This document shows, piece after piece, positions 46,657 through 59,366 of a stretch of DNA of 64,000 nucleotides. Source of the stretch: Candidatus Multivorans sp. (lineage in GTDB: Bacteria > Acidobacteriota > Thermoanaerobaculia > Multivoradales > Multivoraceae). Where the stretch lies: the NCBI GenBank assembly GCA_965247095.1, contig OZ251997.1, positions 2,208,001-2,272,000 on the forward strand. The letters run 5' to 3'. Position 1 is the stretch's first letter; each line of letters begins with the position of its first letter. The translations under genes were made by a program, and so were the position numbers. The notes below the pieces were generated by a model. That model had not been told where the DNA came from and did not search any database. It saw only the letters and a program-made list of their open reading frames with translations.

Positions 46657-47928
46657 CTACGCCCCAGCCTTCTTCCGGGGCGGCTGCAGGAAGAAAGCCA
46701 CGACCGATCCGGCCAACGTCACCGCCGCGATCGCCAGAAAGGGGATCGCGTAGCTGCCCTGGGTGTCGAACACCCAACCAGTGATCGCGGGCACGGTGGC
46801 GCCGAACGGGGCGCCGACGGCAAAGCGGGTGCCGGTCGTGGTAGCGAAGGCCCGGCGTCCATAGAAGCCGGCGAACGTGGCCGCCTGCGAAATGTAGGCC
46901 ATGCCGAAGCCGAGACCGAGCAAGATGAGGGCGACGCGGGCGTCGTTGGTGGTACGAGCGAACAGGAACAACGCCACCCCCGTGCCCTCCATAGCGAGGG
47001 CGGCGCTGAGCAAGCGAGGCGGCGAGATCCTGTCACCCAGGGCACCCGACAGCCGTCCGAACGTGCTGAACAGGATCATGAGCCCAATCAGAGCCGCTGC
47101 GGGATCGATGCCAAACCCCACGTCCCGGAGGTGCAAGCGACCGTGGACCACGACTACCCCCCATGGGACCCCGTATCCCAGACCGCAAAGGACCATGAGC
47201 GCGAACTGGGGCGTCCGTACCGCCTCCTTCGCGACCCATTGATCGGGGGTCTTGGCACCGCTGCGGGCCTTTGCAGCTTGAAGCTCTCCCAGTGAACGGG
47301 CGCCGTCGCGCAACTGGCCCATCGACTCCGGACTGTTCCGCAGGAAGAGGAAGGACAGGACCCCCAGCACGGCGCACAGCCCGGCGATGATCTCCCAGCC
47401 GTCGCGCCAGGTCCCGCCACGGTTCAGCAGAGCCGCGTCGAACTTCACAATCAACGGTCCCAAAAGGCCCGCGGCTACCAGCAAGAACGCCAGCGCGCTC
47501 GCGCGCCAGCGCAGGAACCAGTTCGTCGCCAGCGTCTGCGTTGGCAGCACGGTCGAGAAGGCATGGGTGAGACCGGCGAACAGACCGAAGTAGAGCAGCA
47601 CATCCCAGCGGTCCTGGGCCCGGCTGGTCAGGTAGTAAGCGGCGGAGGTGACCAGAAAGCCGGCCGTGAACACCAGGCGGGGGCCGAAACGGGTCAGGCA
47701 AACGCCGATCAGCGGCGCCATGACGCCACCGCAGAAGGACCAGATGCCGAACGCCCAGCCGCCGTCGGCCCGGGTCAGATCGAGTTCCTCGAGCATCTCG
47801 GGGAGGAAGAAGCCCCAACTGTAGAACGGCGCCGCGCCCAGGCCGTAAATGAGCCAGGCGGGGGGCAGCATCCGCCAGCCGTAGAAGCTCCAGTTGATCC
47901 GAGAGAATCCTCTGGCCTCTTCGCCCAC
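46657..47928 (-). CDS. MFS transporter
   Basis: Multiple hydrophobic helices, RFGPR and GALGDRI motif A; GTG start inferred (track ORF extends to 48024). Confidence 0.85.
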   Translation of the reverse strand: MGEEARGFSRINWSFYGWRMLPPAWLIYGLGAAPFYSWGFFLPEMLEELDLTRADGGWAFGIWSFCGGVMAPLIGVCLTRFGPRLVFTAGFLVTSAAYYLTSRAQDRWDVLLYFGLFAGLTHAFSTVLPTQTLATNWFLRWRASALAFLLVAAGLLGPLIVKFDAALLNRGGTWRDGWEIIAGLCAVLGVLSFLFLRNSPESMGQLRDGARSLGELQAAKARSGAKTPDQWVAKEAVRTPQFALMVLCGLGYGVPWGVVVVHGRLHLRDVGFGIDPAAALIGLMILFSTFGRLSGALGDRISPPRLLSAALAMEGTGVALFLFARTTNDARVALILLGLGFGMAYISQAATFAGFYGRRAFATTTGTRFAVGAPFGATVPAITGWVFDTQGSYAIPFLAIAAVTLAGSVVAFFLQPPRKKAGA

Positions 47929-47974
47929 GCTGCCGCCTCTGTGCGCCCTAGGAAACCGCGCCAGTGGACTGCGT

Positions 47975-48015
47975 AGCCTCGGCGCTTCGCGGCATCGGGG
48001 TTGATGCGGGCCAGC
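47975..48015 (-). repeat. Degenerate REP-like element
   Basis: CCCGCATCAACCCCGATGCCGCGAAGCGCCGAG versus CCCGCATCAAGCGCGACGCCGCGAAGCGGCGAG at 61970. Confidence 0.6.
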
Positions 48016-48057
48016 GCCGCACACCCATAGACACGTCGTCGGCGCCGCTGGGCCGCA

Positions 48058-49107
48058 CTACGACACGGCCTCGCGCTCAAGCAACGACTCGCAACCGGTG
48101 CCGGCTAGCAGGCCATCCACCACCGCCCTGTCCCCGGCCGAAAGCTCCGCGTACTGCCCACGCAGCCACATCAGGCACTTACCCTGGTACGGGAAGGGCT
48201 TCTGGACCCAGGGCCGGCCGTCGATCTCGCACTCCACCCTCTCGGCACCAGCCATCAGCGCCTCTGCGTTCGCAAGCAGGAACGGTGCGTAGACCCGCCC
48301 GACCTCGCCGAGGAGCGCACGCTGAGTCGCGGGCGGTTCACGGTCGATCCAGTCATCGGCGGTCGGCTCGAGGCCGGACAGGTCCTCGACCCGATCCACC
48401 CAGGCATAGACCCGCGGCGCGACCTCGAGCGTGACCGCCATCGGCGTCGGATCGAAGGCCGCGAGCTGGGTCAACTGGCCGAAGAAGGCGAAGTCGGACG
48501 CCCCGGGCCGGCCTCCCATCAGGAACGGCCGCTCGGTCAGGTGATCCCGGAACAGCTCCAGGATCCGCCGGTAGCTCGCCTCGATCACCTGCTTCGTCGT
48601 CTCGTTCGACCCGACCACCCAGAGCCGGGAGATCTGACGCTCGGAGACCGCCTTCGCGGCCTGCTGGAAGTCCTCTTCAGGACCTTCCACCCGCCGCCAC
48701 CGCGGCAGGATCCGACCCGCCTTCTCGATATCGGCCTCGTAGGCCCAGCGGTAGTGGAACATCGCCTTGGTCAGCCACTCGTCGGCGAAGTCCTCAAGCA
48801 GGTAGTCGATGAAGGCGGTGACCGGGTCCGGCGGAATCACCGAGCGACCCCCGAACTCCCGCTCGAAGCGCCGGATCAGCGGCGTCGAGTCGACCACCGC
48901 CTCGAGTTCGCCGGCCTCGTTCGGCAGGTAGAACGTCGGCAGCAGCCGCACCTTGGCGGCCGGCAGGTCGTCGCGGCCGCCGGCGCCCGAGATCAGGAAG
49001 CGGTACGGGATGCGCCGGTACCGCAGCACCGCGCGCATCTTGCGCGTGTAGGGCGACCCGGGGGCACCCATGAAGGTGAGGAGCTGCGGTGCTGTCTGGT
49101 GGAGCAT
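48058..49107 (-). CDS. Glutathione S-transferase-like protein
   Basis: GSPYTRKMRAVLRYR, DSTPLI, FLMGGRPGASDFAFFGQ. Confidence 0.85.
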   Translation of the reverse strand: MLHQTAPQLLTFMGAPGSPYTRKMRAVLRYRRIPYRFLISGAGGRDDLPAAKVRLLPTFYLPNEAGELEAVVDSTPLIRRFEREFGGRSVIPPDPVTAFIDYLLEDFADEWLTKAMFHYRWAYEADIEKAGRILPRWRRVEGPEEDFQQAAKAVSERQISRLWVVGSNETTKQVIEASYRRILELFRDHLTERPFLMGGRPGASDFAFFGQLTQLAAFDPTPMAVTLEVAPRVYAWVDRVEDLSGLEPTADDWIDREPPATQRALLGEVGRVYAPFLLANAEALMAGAERVECEIDGRPWVQKPFPYQGKCLMWLRGQYAELSAGDRAVVDGLLAGTGCESLLEREAVS

Positions 49108-49158
49108 CGGACGCGGCGACGGATCATACCCGGCCACGTCGAGCGGCCCCTCGAGGCG

Positions 49159-49680
49159 CTACGACTCGAAGTTCCAGAGCGAGTAGGCCACCAGCCAACT
49201 GCCGTCCGGCTCGCGCCGCATGAACCGCATCCAGTTTCCCTCGGACTCCGTTGGCGGTGTTCCGTCCTTCGGACTTACGGTCAGCAAGAAGGTACCGCGA
49301 ACATACGCCAGTTCGCCGCTGAACTCCGTCTCCTCGATCTGAAGCTGGACATTGAGCTCCGCGGTCTCGAACGTCTGGGCCAGGTTCCGCCGGATCGACT
49401 CCCGGCCCCTGATGGGCAGAGCATCCGGCGCCATGCGCACGGCGTCCGTAGCGTACAGGGCCGCCATCCCGTCGGCGTCGCTGCTGTTCACGGCGACCAT
49501 GTAGCCGGCGATCAAGGCGTTGAGGGCGTTCTCGTCGCCGATGCTCGGTTCGACCGCGTCCGGATCTTCGGAGACCCCTTCCTCGATGGGGGCACAGGCG
49601 GCAGCCAGGACGGCCAACAGCACCAGCACAATGACGCCGGCGAAGAGGCGCTCAAGCTTCTGAGTCGTGCTCCTCATCAT
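49159..49680 (-). CDS. SnoaL/DUF4440 (NTF2-like) lipoprotein
   Basis: LAAAC lipobox; DADGMAALYATDA..GRESIR..SGELAY..R.PDGSWLV. Confidence 0.85.
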   Translation of the reverse strand: MMRSTTQKLERLFAGVIVLVLLAVLAAACAPIEEGVSEDPDAVEPSIGDENALNALIAGYMVAVNSSDADGMAALYATDAVRMAPDALPIRGRESIRRNLAQTFETAELNVQLQIEETEFSGELAYVRGTFLLTVSPKDGTPPTESEGNWMRFMRREPDGSWLVAYSLWNFES

Positions 49681-50207
49681 GAACCCTCCTCGGGCACTTC
49701 AAGCGTCTGACCGAGCGGATGGTCCCGGTTCGAGATCTCGCGCGCAATCAACCAGGACCCGTCCTCCTGACGACGCATCAGGTCCATCCACTTGCCTACT
49801 TCCTGGTGAACCACGACGGACGAATCCTCCTTCGACGTAAGGCTCAGGGCGTAGGTGCCGAGAACGAACGCCAGGTCACCGCTGTACTCGGTCTCGTCGA
49901 CGCGAAGTTGCATGTCCCAGTTCAAGTTCGCAAAGTCGGCGGCGGCGAACAGGCGAATCGCGTCGCGGCCGACCTTCGGCGTGCTGTTCGACTGCATCCG
50001 GACGGCGTCCTCGGTGTACAGCACGGCCAAACCGTCCGCATCGCCACGGTTCAAAGCCTGCAGGTACTTGGCGGCGAGTTCGCTCAGGGCCGCCTCATTT
50101 TCGGCCACTAGATCCACCTCAGGGGCGGGCGCCTCTTCTGCCGGGGGCGCCGCACAGCCCGCGGCAAGGATCAGGACCGAGCAAATCACGATGGTGGCAG
50201 GGTTCAT
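49677..50207 (-). CDS. SnoaL/DUF4440 (NTF2-like) lipoprotein
   Basis: LAAGC lipobox; GDADGLAVLYTEDA..GRDAIR..SGDLAF..RQEDGSWLI. Confidence 0.85.
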   Translation of the reverse strand: MNPATIVICSVLILAAGCAAPPAEEAPAPEVDLVAENEAALSELAAKYLQALNRGDADGLAVLYTEDAVRMQSNSTPKVGRDAIRLFAAADFANLNWDMQLRVDETEYSGDLAFVLGTYALSLTSKEDSSVVVHQEVGKWMDLMRRQEDGSWLIAREISNRDHPLGQTLEVPEEGS

Positions 50208-50305
50208 CCGGAGGATTTCTCTACAACCCATTCTGGACCTCCTTTCCGCGGCGAATGCCGCTAAGTGTTGCTCGTTATCTGTACCCTCCTAGGGTAGCAC
50301 CTGGA

Positions 50306-50378
50306 TGTCAGCCGTGCGCTCGATGACTCGCCCACGGGCTGGGTCGCGGGTGGCGCGGTCGCGCCACCCGGGTGTCAG
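50306..50378 (-). repeat. REP-like element, partial copy
   Basis: TGTCAGCCGTGCGCTCGATGAC..CGCGGGTGGCGCGGTCGCGCCACCCGGGT colinear with 38206-38275. Confidence 0.75.
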
Positions 50379-52510
50379 CCCCGAACGCGTCCCATCGCAG
50401 GGTTGCCGCCGCGGCGCATAGTCTCCCCGCTGTCATGACGCGCCCGCGTTCATCCTTCGCGGCCGCCACCGCGGCCTCAGCCGCCGGTCTGGCCGCTGTG
50501 GCGTTGGGATCGGCGCCCTGGATCGCCGGCACGATCGCGGTCGTCGAGCCGGGCGCGGCCCGGCTCGCTCTCGCCGCCGCTGCGCTGGCCGGCATTGCCG
50601 CGATCGGAGTGGCTGCCCTTGCCCGTCGGGCACATCCGGCACTGCGCGTCACGGTCCTCACCCTCGGCCTGCTGGCTGCGGCATCGAGCCCGGCCTTCGT
50701 GGCGCTCCTGGCCCACCAACAGCCGGCGGAACCGCGGCCGGCGGGCGGCCCGGCAAGGGCCGAATCGACGACTACAACAGACAGGCTCCGCGTCCTTCAA
50801 CTGAACGCCTACCACGGCTACCCGGACAGCGAAGGGCGCCTCCTGCAACCACCTGCCGCCTCCGACCGGCGGCAGCGCGCGGACCGGCTGGCGGCCGCCA
50901 TCGCTCGCCTGCGACCGGACATCGTCGTGCTCCAGGAAGCCTGGTGCACGGTCGGCGAAGGCTGTCTTGCCGACCGGCTGGCGGGCGACCTCGATCTGCA
51001 TGCGGTCTACGCCCGCGCCAACGGCTCCCTGCGCTGGCTCGGTTTCGAGGAGGGGGCGGCTATCCTCAGCCGCTTTCCCATCGCCGACCCGGCGACCTGG
51101 CGCCTGCTGCCCGACCGCGACCGCTTCGAGCGGCGCATCGCCCTGGCAGCACGGATCGACCATCCGGTTCTGCCGTTCGACGTGGTGGGCGTCCACGCCG
51201 CCAACGGCGACCCTGGGCTCGCCGCCGCCCAAACCGAGCACCTGATTGAGCGAATCCTCGCGCGCCCCGACCGGCCGGCACTGGTCGCCGGCGACTTCAA
51301 CCTCGACAGCAACCACCCCGCCCTCGGCCGCTTTGACGAGGCCGGGTACCGCGACCTTCATCCCGGTGGCATCGACCATGTGCTGCTCGACGCCGGGGCG
51401 GCCGGGTGGCGGCCGCTGTGGAGCGAGTGGTCCCCGCAGCCGAGCGGCGCCCCCGCAATCTCCGATCATCCCGGCGTCCTGGTCGAGTTCCAGTTGCCTG
51501 TTCCTCCGGCCGACCATGACTGGTCCGGCGACTGGCAGCTCGTCCCGGCCGACCAGGTCGGACTCGACGCGGACCGGCTGGAGCAGTCGGTCGAGGACAT
51601 CGGCGCGCTCGACGGCGTCCAGGGCGTGCTGATCGCGCGCCGCGGACGCCTGGTTGCCGAGCGCTACTTCCGCGGCGCCGCCGGCCACCGTCCGCACAAC
51701 CTGAAGTCCGCCTCGAAGAGCGTCCTCTCGGCACTGGCGGGCCTGGCGGTCGAAGAGGGGGTCTTCGACCTCGATCAACCGATCGCCGTCCATCTACCCG
51801 AGGCCGCCGATCTCGACGACCCGGGCAAGGAGGCGATCACGGTACGCCACCTGCTGACAATGACGTCGGGCCTCGAATCGACCAGCTTCGGCAACTACGG
51901 CTCGTGGGTGGCGTCCCGGAACTGGGTCCGCGCGGCGCTGGCGCGGCCGCTCGAAGCCGAGTCGGGCACGCGGTTCTCGTACAGCACCGGCGGCACTCAC
52001 CTGCTCTCGGCCACGCTGGCCAGCGCCGCCGGCAAGAGCACGCACGATTTCGCCCGCGAGCACCTGTTCGCGCCGCTCGGAATCCGCCACTCGGCCTGGG
52101 CCCGCGACCCGCAGGGCGTCCACGTCGGCGGCAACAACCTCTCCCTGCTGCCGCGCGACATGCTGAAGTTCGGCCAGCTCTACCTGAACCGCGGCCGCTG
52201 GGACGGACGCCAGCTCCTGCCCTGGCAGTGGGTCGACGAATCCACCCGGCCCGGCCTCGCCGGCCCTCGCGGCCGCGGCCGGATCTACGGCGGTTACGGC
52301 TACCTGTGGTGGCTCCGGGGGCCACGGGAACGGGGCGCCTACATCGCCAGCGGCTACGGAGGCCAGTACATCTACGTCTCCCCGGCCGAGGATCTGGTCG
52401 TGGTCGTCATCTCGACCGAGATCTCGAAGGGACGGGGGTGGCGCGGCGAACTGTTCGGCATTGTCCGCGGTGGGATAGCCGGCAGCGTGATCGACCGCTA
52501 CGCGCGGTAG
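50372..52510 (+). CDS. Membrane-anchored fusion of EEP (endonuclease/exonuclease/phosphatase) and beta-lactamase-fold serine hydrolase
   Basis: N-terminal TM segments; QLN, PDIVVLQE, AGDFN, IDH, SDH; then SASK, HLLTMTSG, FSYS, GYGGQ; start may be ATG 50435. Confidence 0.82.
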   Translation: MSAPNASHRRVAAAAHSLPAVMTRPRSSFAAATAASAAGLAAVALGSAPWIAGTIAVVEPGAARLALAAAALAGIAAIGVAALARRAHPALRVTVLTLGLLAAASSPAFVALLAHQQPAEPRPAGGPARAESTTTTDRLRVLQLNAYHGYPDSEGRLLQPPAASDRRQRADRLAAAIARLRPDIVVLQEAWCTVGEGCLADRLAGDLDLHAVYARANGSLRWLGFEEGAAILSRFPIADPATWRLLPDRDRFERRIALAARIDHPVLPFDVVGVHAANGDPGLAAAQTEHLIERILARPDRPALVAGDFNLDSNHPALGRFDEAGYRDLHPGGIDHVLLDAGAAGWRPLWSEWSPQPSGAPAISDHPGVLVEFQLPVPPADHDWSGDWQLVPADQVGLDADRLEQSVEDIGALDGVQGVLIARRGRLVAERYFRGAAGHRPHNLKSASKSVLSALAGLAVEEGVFDLDQPIAVHLPEAADLDDPGKEAITVRHLLTMTSGLESTSFGNYGSWVASRNWVRAALARPLEAESGTRFSYSTGGTHLLSATLASAAGKSTHDFAREHLFAPLGIRHSAWARDPQGVHVGGNNLSLLPRDMLKFGQLYLNRGRWDGRQLLPWQWVDESTRPGLAGPRGRGRIYGGYGYLWWLRGPRERGAYIASGYGGQYIYVSPAEDLVVVVISTEISKGRGWRGELFGIVRGGIAGSVIDRYAR

Positions 52511-52544
52511 TGCCCGACGCCGTTGTAAACTGACCGACACTCCA

Positions 52545-55500
52545 ATGGACTGGAAATCGAGGACTTCGCAGCGCTCCGGCGCCGCGATCCTGGTTGCTGC
52601 ACTGCTCGGTGGCGGGCCAGCAGCCGGGGCGGAGTTCGCCCCGGAGGATCTCGAGTTCTTCGAGCAGAAGATCCGCCCCGTCCTGGTCGAGCACTGCTAC
52701 ACCTGCCACAACAGCACCGAGCTGGCCGAGAGCGGACTGCGCCTCGATTACCGGGACGGTCTGCTCGAAGGCGGCATGCGCGGTCCCGCGATCGAGCCGG
52801 GCAAGCCGCGCAGCAGCCTGCTGGTGCGGGCCATGCGCCACCCCAGCCTCGACTTCCGCATGCCGCTCGGCGGCGCCAAGTTGCCGGACCAGGTGGTCGC
52901 CGACTTCGAGCGCTGGATCGAGATCGGAGCGCCCGATCCACGCGACGAACCGCCGTCAGCCACCGCGCTCAAGGAAGCGACCTCGTGGCAGACGGTCCTC
53001 GAGCAACGGAAGCAGTGGTGGAGCCTGCAGCCGATCGCCGATCCGGTAGCCCCCGAAGTCGCCGATCGGCCCTGGTCGAAGAACGCGATCGACCGATTCC
53101 TGGCGGCCGGGCTCGCCAAGGCGAGTCTCGAGCCCGCGCCGCTCACCGAGCCGCGCACCCTGATGCGCCGGTTGTCCTATGTGCTCACCGGCCTGCCGCC
53201 GACCCCCGCTCAGGTCGACGACTTCGAGCGCCGCGCCGCAATCGACCGGGACGCCGCGGTCGCGGAGGAGGTCGACCGGCTGCTCGACGATCCCGCTTTC
53301 GGCGAACGCTGGGCCCGGCACTGGATGGACTGGATCCGCTACGCCGAGTCCCACGGCAGCGAGGGCGACCCACCGGTCCCCTACGCCTGGCGCTACCGCG
53401 ACTACCTGATCCGGGCGCTCAACGCCGACGTGCCGATCGACCAGTTGATCCGCGAGCACCTGGCCGGCGACCTGCTCGACGAACCGCGGATGAACCGGGA
53501 ACTCGGGATCAACGAGTCGGCGATCGGCATCGCCCAGTACCGCTTCGTGCTGCACGGTTTCGGCCCCACCGACGCCCTCGACGAGCAGGTGCGCTTCACC
53601 GAGAACCAGATCGACGTCGTCTCCAAGGCGTTCCTGGGGATGACCGTCGCCTGCGCCCGCTGCCACGACCACAAGTTCGACGCGATCAGCCAGACCGACT
53701 TCTACGCTTTCTACGGGATCATGGCGAACGGCCGCCCGGGGATTCAGACGGTCGACGACGAGAGCCGGCGAAACGCCCACCGCGACGAACTGATCGAGCT
53801 CAAGCGCGAGCTGCGGCAGATCCTTGCCGAGACCTGGATCGAAGCCGCCGCCGACATCCCAACCAGGTTGCAGCAACCGGACGCCCCATGGGCCGCGGCA
53901 CTGACGGGCGGCCAGTCGCCCTACGATCCGCTCTACACCTGGGTCCGCACCCACAGGACTCGGGGGCGCCGGGCCTTCGCGAAGCAGTGGCAGGGGCTGG
54001 CCGCCGCCTACGAGCAGAGCAGGCAACAGCTCGAGAAACGACGGCAGGCGCCCGCCGTGAGCCGCTGGGATCTGACCCGGACCGAAGATGTCGAGGAGTG
54101 GTACCGCCACGGCAACGGTCTTCCCAAAGCGAAGCCGCAGGGCGCCGGGAGCTACGAGGTCACTCAGGCCGGGGAAACGATCGTCGCCGACATTCTGCCC
54201 GCCGGCGTCTACACCCACTCCCTCACCAACCGTCACAACGGCACCTTCTCGTCACCGCGCTTCTTCATCGAGGCCAAGCAGAAGCTGGCGTTGCGCGTCG
54301 CCGGCAGCGGCGGCGCCATCGCACGCTACGTGGTCCAGAACTACCCCCAGGTCGGCGAGGTCTACCCGATCAGGACCCTCGAAGGCGGCGAGTGGCACTG
54401 GCAGCACTGGGACCTCGACTACTGGGACGGCGACCACGCGTATATCGAGCTGGTGACGGCTGCCGATCACCCGATGACCGGCGAGAAATCGAGTCGGCGT
54501 TCCGACCGCTCCTGGTTCGGGATCACCGAGGCGGTCGTAACAGACGAAGACGGAGAACTCCCCCGCGACGAGCCGGCCGAGTTCACGGCGCCCCTGTTCG
54601 AGATCGAGGGTGCGCCGGCCGACCGTGGCGAGCTGGCGGCGCGCTACGGCGAGGCGATCCGCCACGCCGCCGAGGCCTGGCGCGACGGTTCGATGACCGA
54701 TGGGCAGGCCCGCTTTCTGGGCAGTCTTGTCCGTCGCGGCCTGCTCCCGAACGATGTCCGGACCGTGCCGGAGGCGGCGCCCCTCGTCGCCTCGATCCGG
54801 CAGCTCGAGGAGCGGATTCCTACGCCGACACGCTCCCCGGCGGTGCTCGCCGGCCCCCGCTTCGACCAACCGCTCATGGAGCGCGGCAACCACCGGCAGC
54901 TTGGCGAGCCGGTGCCCCAGCGGTTCCTGGAAGCGATCGACGCCGAGCCCTACTCCGACTCGATCCACCCGCGCCTGGCCCTGGCCGAGAGCGTCCTCGA
55001 TCCCGGCAACCCGCTCACCGCCCGCGTGATCGCCAACCGTCTCTGGGCGCACGCCTTCGGCCGCGGCATCGTCGCCACGCCGGACAACTTCGGGCAGATG
55101 GGCGAACTCCCGTCGAACGCCGCCCTGCTCGATCACGTCGCGACCACCCTTCGCGAGGACGGCTGGTCACTCAAGAAGTTCGTGCGGCGCCTGGCTTCGA
55201 CCCGCGCCTTCCAACTCGATTCGGCGCCCTCAGCCGCGGCCCGGGAGGTGGATCCGCAGAACAACCTCCTGTCGCACGCTCACCTGCGGCGGCTGGAGGC
55301 CGAAGCGGTTCGCGACACGATGCTGGCCGCCGCCGGCGATCTCGAACCGGTTGACGCAGCCGAAACGCAACCGGTAACCGGCTGGTCGAACCGGCGCAGC
55401 GTCTACGTTCAGGTCATCCGAAATCAGCCGGATCCCATGCTCCATACGCTCGACCTGCCCACCCCCGTCACCACCAAGGGCCAGCGCGACCAGACGAACG

Positions 55501-56467
55501 TGCCCGCGCAGTCGCTGCTGATGATGAACGACGTCCAGGTCATGCATCTCGCGGCCCGTTTCGGCAACCGGATCGCCCAGGACCCCGAGCTGGACAATGA
55601 CCGCGAGCGCATCGTCGCGATGTTCCGCCTCGCCCTTGGTCGGCCGCCGACCGAGAGCGAGCTCGGAGCTGCGCGGCAGTTCCTCCACCAGGCCCGCGAC
55701 CGCGAGCCGGTGCCGGAGGACGTGGACGCCTGGAGCACGGCGGCCATGGACCGCCGCGAGGAGAGCGCCGAGCTCCGCGACATCACCGAGGACAAGACCA
55801 AGTACGTGCTGCGCTTCTACCACCGGCCATCGGCGCCCAAGGCGATCGCGGCGTGGGAGTTCGACGACCTGCCCAAGAAGGCCGGCGCCAGCGACGCCAA
55901 CGAGGGTCCCGAACTCAAGCTCGGGCGCGATGTCCGTGTGAGCGACGGCGCGCTGTGGCTCGGAACGTCGGACGTCGTCACCAGGAAACCGATCCGCCAG
56001 ACGCTTGACGAGTACACGCTCGAGGCCTGGGTCGCCGAGCTTCCGAGCGAAGCGGACGCCCGCGAGACGCCGCCGGTCCACCTGGTTCTCGCACAGGGCC
56101 GGGAGGGTGCCTGGACTGCCTACCGGAACGGTGTCGTGGCCGACCCGGAAAGCGTCCGGCAGGAACTTCCGATGAGCCTGGAGAGGGGTCGCGTCCTGTT
56201 CGCGGGCACCGAAAACGCGCCCCTGCGTGTGCTCCAGGCCCGCCTCTACGACCGCGCGCTGCGTCCCGACGATGTCGCGGCCTCCGCTCTCGGCAACATC
56301 GAAGCGCCGCCGGAAGAGGAGCAGGCGCGCATCTACCGCGGCAGTTGGGCTCAGGTCGCGCGGCTCGAAGCGGAAGCGGACCGGCTCGAACGGAGCGCCG
56401 CCGGCGGCGACGCCTGGCGCCAACTGGCGCACGCCATGTTCAACCTGAAGGAGTTCATGTACCTCCG

Positions 56468-56471
<4 letters not shown>
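52545..56471 (+). CDS. Planctomycete-type cytochrome c/DUF1549/DUF1553 (PSCyt1-PSCyt2-PSD1) protein
   Basis: [58 protein letters not shown]. Confidence 0.9.
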
Positions 56472-57869
<1,398 letters not shown>

Positions 57870-57886
<17 letters not shown>

Positions 57887-59366
57887 CTCCACGGTCCCTG
57901 GCCCGCGGAAGTCTGTCGACTTCCGCCCTGGGAACGCGGGCATCTTGCCCGCATCCGCCGCAGGCGGAGTCCGGATCCGGATCGCACTAGTCGCCCTCGC
58001 CGCCCTCTCGACCGTGGCCTCCGCGCCATCAGCCGCTGCCCAGGACGACAGCCCCAGCTACTACCGCGATGTCTGGCCGGTGATTCAGCAGCGGTGTCAG
58101 GGCTGCCACCAGCCGGCGCAGCTTGGCGGTGAGCTGAACCTGACCAGCTTCGAGGGGCTTGCGGCGGGTGGCATGAACGGCCCCGCCTTGGTGGCCGGCA
58201 AGCCGAAGCAGAGCCGGATGCTGAAGATGCTGCGCGGCGAGATCGAGCCGGCGATGCCGATGCGGAGCGAGCCGCTGGCGGAGGCGGCGATCGCCGCGAT
58301 CAGCGACTGGATCGCGGCCGGGGCCGCCGACGACACGCCCGATGAGGTGCGCCTCGACGTGGCCACCGGGCCGATCGTCTACCGCCAGCCGCCGGTGATC
58401 ACGGCGGTCGCCTACTCCGCCGACGGCGAGTGGCTGGCGGTGTCGGGCAACCGCGAGGTGCTGCTGCACCGCCGCTCGAAGGTCGGCAGTGGCGACAGCC
58501 TGGAGGCGCGCTTCTCAAGCGTGTCCGACCGCATCCAGGGACTTGCCTTTCTCAAGAACGGCCGTCTGGTAGCGACCGGCGGTACGCCCGCCCGCTTCGG
58601 CGAGATCCAGATCTGGGACGTCGACGACCGGAAGCTCCGCGTCTCGACCACCGTTTGCTACGACACCCTGTTCGGCCTCGCCATCTCGCCCGACGAGCGC
58701 CGGCTCGCGATCGGCTGCGCGGACAACACGGTCCGCATCCACCAGGCGACCAGCGGCCGCGAGCTGCTGCGCATGAACCACCACGAGAACTGGGTGCTCG
58801 GGGTCGTCTTCGGCGGCGACGGTCGGCGCATCGTCTCCGTCGGCCGCGACCGCGCCGCCAAGCTGATCGACGCGAACAGCGGCGCCTTCGTCGAGAACAT
58901 CAACCTGTTGCGCGGCGAACTCGCGGCGATCGTCCGCAACCCCAGGATCGAGGCGGTCGTCATCGGCGGCGAAGACCGAGTGCCTTACTACTACAAGATG
59001 GACCGCCCCCGGAAGATGCTGATCGCCGACGACTCGACCCTGGTGCGCGAGTTTGAGCGCCAGGACGGCGAGATCTTTGCGCTGGCGATCGATCCTCGCG
59101 GCGAGCGCCTGGTAGTGGGCGGCGCCGCGCCGACGGCACAGGTCTACGACCTCGAGACCGGCGAGCGCACCGCAACCATCTCGGGCCACAGCGCCGGCAT
59201 CTACACGATGGCGTTCGACCCCACCGGCGCCGAGCTGGCCACGGCCGGCTTCGACGGTTCGCTGCGCCTGTACCGGGCCGCCGACGGAGAGCTGCTGCAC
59301 GAGTTCGTGCCGGTGCCGATCGGGGGAAGCGTCCAGGGCGAGACCACCGCGGGAGGAGCACGATGA
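57870..59366 (+). CDS. Planctomycete cytochrome c domain plus WD40-repeat protein
   Basis: [24 protein letters not shown], then WD40 blades; ATG 57870 start inferred. Confidence 0.85.
57905..57968 (+). repeat. REP-like element within signal-peptide coding region
   Basis: GCGGAAGTC..GACTTCCGC hairpin then CCTGGGAACGCGGGCATCTTGCCCGCATCCG. Confidence 0.8.

Noticed and set aside
51500-52510. Antibiotic-resistance beta-lactamase
   Set aside because: Motifs fit the broad serine hydrolase family (GYGGQ rather than KTG); no evidence for resistance
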